From Prochlorococcus marinus subsp. pastoris str. CCMP1986 (GTDB taxonomy: Bacteria > Cyanobacteriota > Cyanobacteriia > PCC-6307 > Cyanobiaceae): 32,000 nucleotides of DNA. The position numbers and the translations under genes are program-made. Where the stretch lies: contig NC_005072.1 in the NCBI RefSeq assembly GCF_000011465.1, positions 840,001 to 872,000 of the forward strand. Direction: 5' to 3'. The notes under the pieces are model-generated. The model searched no databases, was not told the DNA's origin, and saw only the letters and a program-made list of their open reading frames with translations. Shown here piece by piece: positions 27,518 through 32,000 of this stretch (positions are counted from its first letter, which is position 1; every line of letters starts with the position of its first letter).

Positions 27518-29431
27518 TTATTCAACGGTAATTTTAGAATTTAATTTTGCTAAATTAAATTTGTTAATAATTTTTTCTGCCATCTGATCAGGTGTAAGTC
27601 CTAATTTTTCTTTACTCTGATCAGGTGATGCATGATCTACAAGTACATCAGGAATACCAATTCTTAAAACTGGTATATTTATATCATTATCGTTTAACAT
27701 TTCAACAATAGCCGAGCCAAATCCTCCAACTAATGTACCTTCTTCCATTGTTACTACCTTTTTAAGTTTTCTTACTAACGGTATTATTAAATCTTGATCA
27801 AGAGGTCTAACAAATCTAGCATTAATAATACAAGCACTAATGCCTCTATTTTTTAGTAAGTTTGCAGTTTCAGTAGCGGATTGAACCATTGAACCATAAG
27901 CAATAATTAAAACATCATCACCTTCTTCTAAAATTTCTCCTTCGCCTATCTTCAAAGGCTCCCATCCCTCATCCATTACTGCTACACCTAAACCTGAACC
28001 TCTTGGAATGCGAAGTGCTGTAGGTCCCTTGTAATTAATAGATGTAATTAACATTCTTTGAAGTTCAGCTTCATCTTTTGGAGCCATTAAAACAAAATTA
28101 GGAATAGCTCTCATATAGCTAATATCATATTGACCCTGATGAGTTGGACCATCGGCACCAACTATTCCTGCTCTATCTAAAACAAAGGATACAGGTAGAT
28201 TCTGAATACCTACATCATGAATTAGCTGATCAAAAGCCCGTTGCAAGAATGTACTGTAAATAGCAACTACAGGTTTAAGACCATCGCAAGACATTCCAGC
28301 TGCTAATGTAACTGCATGTTGTTCAGCTATTCCTACATCTATATATTGTTCTGGAATATTTTTTTGTAATAAATCTAGTCCAGTTCCAGTAGCCATCGCT
28401 GCTGTAATTCCTATAACCTTACTGTCTTGCTCGCAAATTTTTAAAAGCGTTTGACCAAATATTTTACTATAACTGACTGGTTTAGGCTTACTTGATGGAA
28501 TTGATTTACCAGTCGTAAGATCGAATGATGATTGAGCATGGTACCCTACTTGATCTGCTTCTGCATATGGATATCCTTTCCCTTTTGTTGTAACAACATG
28601 AACCATTACTGGTTTTTTAAGTCTATGAGCAGCATTGAAAGTATTTATAAGATTAGAAATATCATGTCCATCAATTGGTCCCATATACGTAAAACCAAGT
28701 TCTTCAAAAACTGCTCCAACTTTTGGTACAGCTAAACGTCTAACACTTCCTTTTATATTTTTTAATTCTTCAGGTATATCTTTACCTATAAGAGGAATAT
28801 TTTTAACACTTTCCTGAACACTATCTGACAAAAATTGTAATGGTGGACTTAGTCTTACTCTATTTAGATATGTAGAAAGAGCTCCAACAGGAGGAGATAT
28901 TGACATATCATTATCATTCAGAACAACAACTAAGGGAGTATTTGGCAAATGCCCCGCATGATTTATCGCTTCTAAAGCCATTCCCCCAGTTAATGCTCCA
29001 TCACCTATAACTGCAACGCATTTATGATCTTCCCCTTTTCTATCTCTTGCAATTGCCATTCCTAGCGCAGCTGATATTGATGTACTTGCGTGACCTGCTC
29101 CAAAGTGATCAAAATGACTTTCACTACGTTTTAGATAACCAGCAATACCTTTTTGTTGACGTAAAGAGTCAAACTCATTGAAACGTCCAGTAATTAATTT
29201 ATGAGGATAAGCCTGATGACCAACATCCCATACAACTTTATCAAAATCAAGATCTAATGTTTGATATAAAGCAAGTGTTAATTCAACAACGCCTAGTCCA
29301 GGCCCTAGATGTCCTCCACTTGTTGAAACCACCTCCAAATGTCTCTCTCTAATCTGACAGGCAATTTCCTCTAATTGTGATACCGTTAAACCATGTAATT
29401 GATTTGGATGGCTTAACTCACTTAAAAGCAT
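27518..29431 (-). CDS. dxs: 1-deoxy-D-xylulose-5-phosphate synthase
   Basis: 637 aa. [64 protein letters not shown]. Confidence 0.98.
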   Translation of the reverse strand: MLLSELSHPNQLHGLTVSQLEEIACQIRERHLEVVSTSGGHLGPGLGVVELTLALYQTLDLDFDKVVWDVGHQAYPHKLITGRFNEFDSLRQQKGIAGYLKRSESHFDHFGAGHASTSISAALGMAIARDRKGEDHKCVAVIGDGALTGGMALEAINHAGHLPNTPLVVVLNDNDMSISPPVGALSTYLNRVRLSPPLQFLSDSVQESVKNIPLIGKDIPEELKNIKGSVRRLAVPKVGAVFEELGFTYMGPIDGHDISNLINTFNAAHRLKKPVMVHVVTTKGKGYPYAEADQVGYHAQSSFDLTTGKSIPSSKPKPVSYSKIFGQTLLKICEQDSKVIGITAAMATGTGLDLLQKNIPEQYIDVGIAEQHAVTLAAGMSCDGLKPVVAIYSTFLQRAFDQLIHDVGIQNLPVSFVLDRAGIVGADGPTHQGQYDISYMRAIPNFVLMAPKDEAELQRMLITSINYKGPTALRIPRGSGLGVAVMDEGWEPLKIGEGEILEEGDDVLIIAYGSMVQSATETANLLKNRGISACIINARFVRPLDQDLIIPLVRKLKKVVTMEEGTLVGGFGSAIVEMLNDNDINIPVLRIGIPDVLVDHASPDQSKEKLGLTPDQMAEKIINKFNLAKLNSKITVE

Positions 29432-29547
29432 TATTTAAAAATATTTACTTACCTAATCTAAAACGTTAAGGTGCAAATTGAGTAATTTTTTTGAAATAGA
29501 TTATGTAATGTTTTATTAGGTTAATATTTAATGCTAAAAATATAAAT

Positions 29548-31089
29548 ATGGAAGATTATTTAAAAAAAATACTTCAGGCTAAAGTTTATGAAGTAGCTAA
29601 AGAAACACCTTTAGAAAAAGCAAATAATTTAAGTAAAGCACTTAAAAATAATATTTATTTGAAAAGAGAAGATCTTCAAGATGTATTTTCTTTTAAAATA
29701 AGAGGTGCCTTTAATAAAATGAGACAATTACCACAATCACAACTTGCTAATGGAGTCATAACATCAAGTGCTGGTAATCATGCACAAGGAGTAGCACTAA
29801 GTGCATTGAAATTAAATTGTAGCGCAACTATATTAATGCCAATAACTACTCCTTTAGTAAAAGTAAATGCTGTTAGAAATTTAAAAGCAAAAGTTATATT
29901 ATTCGGTGATAATTATGATGAAACCTATAAGGAAGCATTACGCCTTAGTGAAGAAAATAATTTATGCTTTATTCATCCATTCGATGATCCTGAAGTAATA
30001 GCTGGCCAAGGAACAATTGCCATTGAAATAGAAAAACAAGTCAAAGAACCACCAGAAGCAATATATGTTGCGGTTGGAGGAGGAGGTTTAATAGCTGGTA
30101 TTTCTTTATACATAAAAAATATTTGGCCACAAGTAAAAATAATTGGTGTAGAGCCTGAAGATGCTGATGCGATGACTAAATCCCTAAATAACTCAAAATT
30201 AATAGAATTAGCATCAGTTGGTCAATTTGCTGATGGCGTAGCAGTAAAAAAAGTTGGAGAAAAAACCTTTGAAATCGGAAGAAAATATATCGACAAAATG
30301 ATAACTGTAAATACTGATGAAATATGTGCCGCTATTAAGGATGTTTTTGAAGATACCAGATCAATCCTAGAACCAGCTGGAGCTCTATCTATTGCAGGAA
30401 TGAAAAAGGATATATTCGAATCTAAATACGCAAACAAAAATATGATTGCCATCGCATGTGGTGCAAATATGAATTTCGAAAGACTACGATTTATAGCAGA
30501 AAGATCTGCACTTGGAGAGTACAAAGAAGCAATGTTTGCCGTTGAAATACCAGAAAAAGCGGGCAGCTTAATTAATTTCTGTAGTTTGTTAAATAATAGA
30601 AATTTAACAGAATTTAGCTATAGGATGTCCAATTCAGTTAATGCTCAAATATTTGTAGGAATCGAGGTTAATGGAGTAATCGATAAAGATGAACTATTAC
30701 AAGAATTTAGGAAATCAAATTATCCTTTTATAGATATAAGTAATGATGAATTATCTAAAAATCATCTAAGACATATGGTAGGTGGTCGTTTGCCTCAAAA
30801 ATTCACCGTACTTGAAAAATCAAAATATATTGAATTGCTATATAGATTTGAGTTTCCAGAAAGGCCAGGAGCATTAATAAATTTTCTAAAAAATATGAAA
30901 TCAAATTGGACAATAAGCATCTTTCATTATAGAAATCATGGTTCTGATGTAGGAAAAATTGTTATAGGAGTATTAATAGATCGTGCTGAAATTAATTACT
31001 GGAATAAATTTGTTGAATTCTTAGGATATAAATACTGGGACGAAACTAATAATCAAACATATAAATTATTCCTTGGTGCATCTGATTAA
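29548..31089 (+). CDS. ilvA: Threonine dehydratase, biosynthetic (two C-terminal ACT-like domains)
   Basis: 513 aa. NIYLKREDLQDVFSFKIRGAFNKM (PLP Lys), TSSAGNHAQGVALSA, AVGGGGLIAGIS. The C-terminal half has PEKAGSLINFC and PERPGALINFL repeats. Confidence 0.97.
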   Translation: MEDYLKKILQAKVYEVAKETPLEKANNLSKALKNNIYLKREDLQDVFSFKIRGAFNKMRQLPQSQLANGVITSSAGNHAQGVALSALKLNCSATILMPITTPLVKVNAVRNLKAKVILFGDNYDETYKEALRLSEENNLCFIHPFDDPEVIAGQGTIAIEIEKQVKEPPEAIYVAVGGGGLIAGISLYIKNIWPQVKIIGVEPEDADAMTKSLNNSKLIELASVGQFADGVAVKKVGEKTFEIGRKYIDKMITVNTDEICAAIKDVFEDTRSILEPAGALSIAGMKKDIFESKYANKNMIAIACGANMNFERLRFIAERSALGEYKEAMFAVEIPEKAGSLINFCSLLNNRNLTEFSYRMSNSVNAQIFVGIEVNGVIDKDELLQEFRKSNYPFIDISNDELSKNHLRHMVGGRLPQKFTVLEKSKYIELLYRFEFPERPGALINFLKNMKSNWTISIFHYRNHGSDVGKIVIGVLIDRAEINYWNKFVEFLGYKYWDETNNQTYKLFLGASD

Positions 31090-31170
31090 AATAAGGTAAC
31101 TTGGGAAAGAATTAGGTATTAAAAAATTAATAAAGTTGATCTAATTACAAAAAAATTAACCGATATAAGT

Positions 31171-31653
31171 TTGGTTACAAGAGTTGAGGCTGTTCTTTAT
31201 CTTAAAGGTAGACCAATATCAAAAAAAAATCTTTCAGAAATTACTAATGCGGATATTAATTCTATTGACAAGGCATTAAGGGAATTAAAGGAAAAATACT
31301 CAAACACAAAATCTGCAATAGAATTAAATGAAATTAATAGTTGTTATTGTCTAGAGTTAAAATCAATTCTAAATGAATTTGTGGAAGATTTATTACCATC
31401 TGAATTAAGAACATCAGAATTAAGGACACTTGCAACAATTGCAATTAAGAAAAAAATACTGCAATCAGATCTTATAGTTTTAAGAGGGTCAGGAGCCTAC
31501 GACCATATAAAGGAATTAACAAATAAAAAATTTATTATTAAACGTAAGCAAAAAGATGGTAGATCTTATTGGCTATCATTGTCTGAAAAATTTTTTCAAA
31601 CTTTTGCTGTAAGCAATGAATATTTATCGCAAATAGGCGGCAATAAAAAGTAA
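31171..31653 (+). CDS. scpB: Segregation and condensation protein B
   Basis: 160 aa. VEAVLYLKGRPISKKNLSEI, ELRTLATIAIKKKILQSDLIVLRG and FIIKRKQKDGRSYWLSLSEKFFQTFAV, winged-helix ScpB pattern. Predicted TTG start at 31171. Confidence 0.85.
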   Translation: MVTRVEAVLYLKGRPISKKNLSEITNADINSIDKALRELKEKYSNTKSAIELNEINSCYCLELKSILNEFVEDLLPSELRTSELRTLATIAIKKKILQSDLIVLRGSGAYDHIKELTNKKFIIKRKQKDGRSYWLSLSEKFFQTFAVSNEYLSQIGGNKK

Positions 31654-31684
31654 ATGTTACAATTAGCTAAACTACTTGAAAATA

Positions 31685-31963
31685 ATGTTGTCTGAGATTT
31701 TTGCGGTTTTAGGTCAAACCTTATCAATTTATTCATTTATTTTGATCATTAGGATATTACTTACATGGTTTCCTGGAATAGATTGGAGTAATGGAATATT
31801 ATCAGCATTAACGTCAATAACAGACCCATATTTGAATATATTTAGAGGAATAATTCCTCCAATTGGTGGCTTTGATATTTCATCGTTGTTAGCTTTTCTA
31901 CTTCTTAATGTTATCCAAAACCTTATTACTAATCTTCAATATGCCAGCTTAGGATATGGTTAA
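31685..31963 (+). CDS. YggT/Ycf19 family integral membrane protein
   Basis: YSFILIIRILLTWFPGIDWSNGILSALTSITDPYLNIFRGIIPPIGGFDISSLLAFLLL is the YggT family pattern (RxLLTWFP, TDPYLNxFR, PPxGGxDxS). ATG at 31685 chosen over the TTG at 31676. Confidence 0.88.
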   Translation: MLSEIFAVLGQTLSIYSFILIIRILLTWFPGIDWSNGILSALTSITDPYLNIFRGIIPPIGGFDISSLLAFLLLNVIQNLITNLQYASLGYG

Positions 31964-32000
31964 AATTTAACGATCATCTCCGGAACCAGAAATTTTACCC

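Noticed and set aside
28532-28817. ORFs 28532..28735 and 28635..28817 (+) opposite dxs
   Set aside because: Both are antisense to conserved Dxs sequence.
30222-30524. ORF 30222..30524 (-, 100 aa) opposite ilvA
   Set aside because: Antisense shadow ORF over the IlvA PLP domain C-terminus, with no motif.
31654-31695. Tiny ORF MLQLAKLLENNVV between scpB and the YggT gene
   Set aside because: It has 13 codons, overlaps the YggT start in another frame, and is likely chance.
31967-32000. Possible C-terminus of another minus-strand gene (...GKISGSGDDR stop, stop codon at 31967-31969)
   Set aside because: Only about 10 codons are in the window. A downstream convergent gene is plausible, but it cannot be identified or confirmed.
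1-32000. CRISPR arrays, transposons or integrases, prophage genes, toxin-antitoxin or defence islands
   Set aside because: I looked for them and saw none. There is no direct-repeat array, no transposase or integrase motif and no compositional island. The low GC is uniform and consistent with a picocyanobacterial core genome.

Overview
This 32 kb window is a compact, AT-rich, core-type cyanobacterial chromosome segment. The psaK gene, DUF3110/DUF1995/DUF2499/DUF3593 proteins, an FdC2-like ferredoxin, low GC and very short spacers all suggest a Prochlorococcus, probably a high-light clade; this is inference, not a database result. I support 34 protein-coding genes (cobN is truncated at the 5' edge) and one tRNA-Ser(GGA). 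They are mostly housekeeping functions: cobN (3' end), PHP-domain protein, hemJ, uvrC, flavin reductase-like, coaD, dacB-like, DUF1995, cysteine desulfurase, dapF, leuS, pgi, purN, argC, ribBA, cyclophilin, DUF3110, DnaJ-like, DnaK, ferredoxin, IMPase-like, hisZ, htpG, rpmB, PrxQ/Bcp-like, DUF2499, DUF3593, psaK, dxs, ilvA, scpB and YggT. I found no CRISPR array, transposon, prophage, defence island or obvious biosynthetic cluster. I do not see a clear new biological system. The best second-look items are the DnaK with a duplicated acidic DDPWD tail overlapping a zinc-finger-less DnaJ, the overlapping DUF2499/DUF3593 membrane-protein pair before psaK, the roughly 150-residue C-terminal extension on RibBA, the FdC2-like ferredoxin, the dapF/cysteine desulfurase/DUF1995/dacB block, and a set of probable non-ATG starts.
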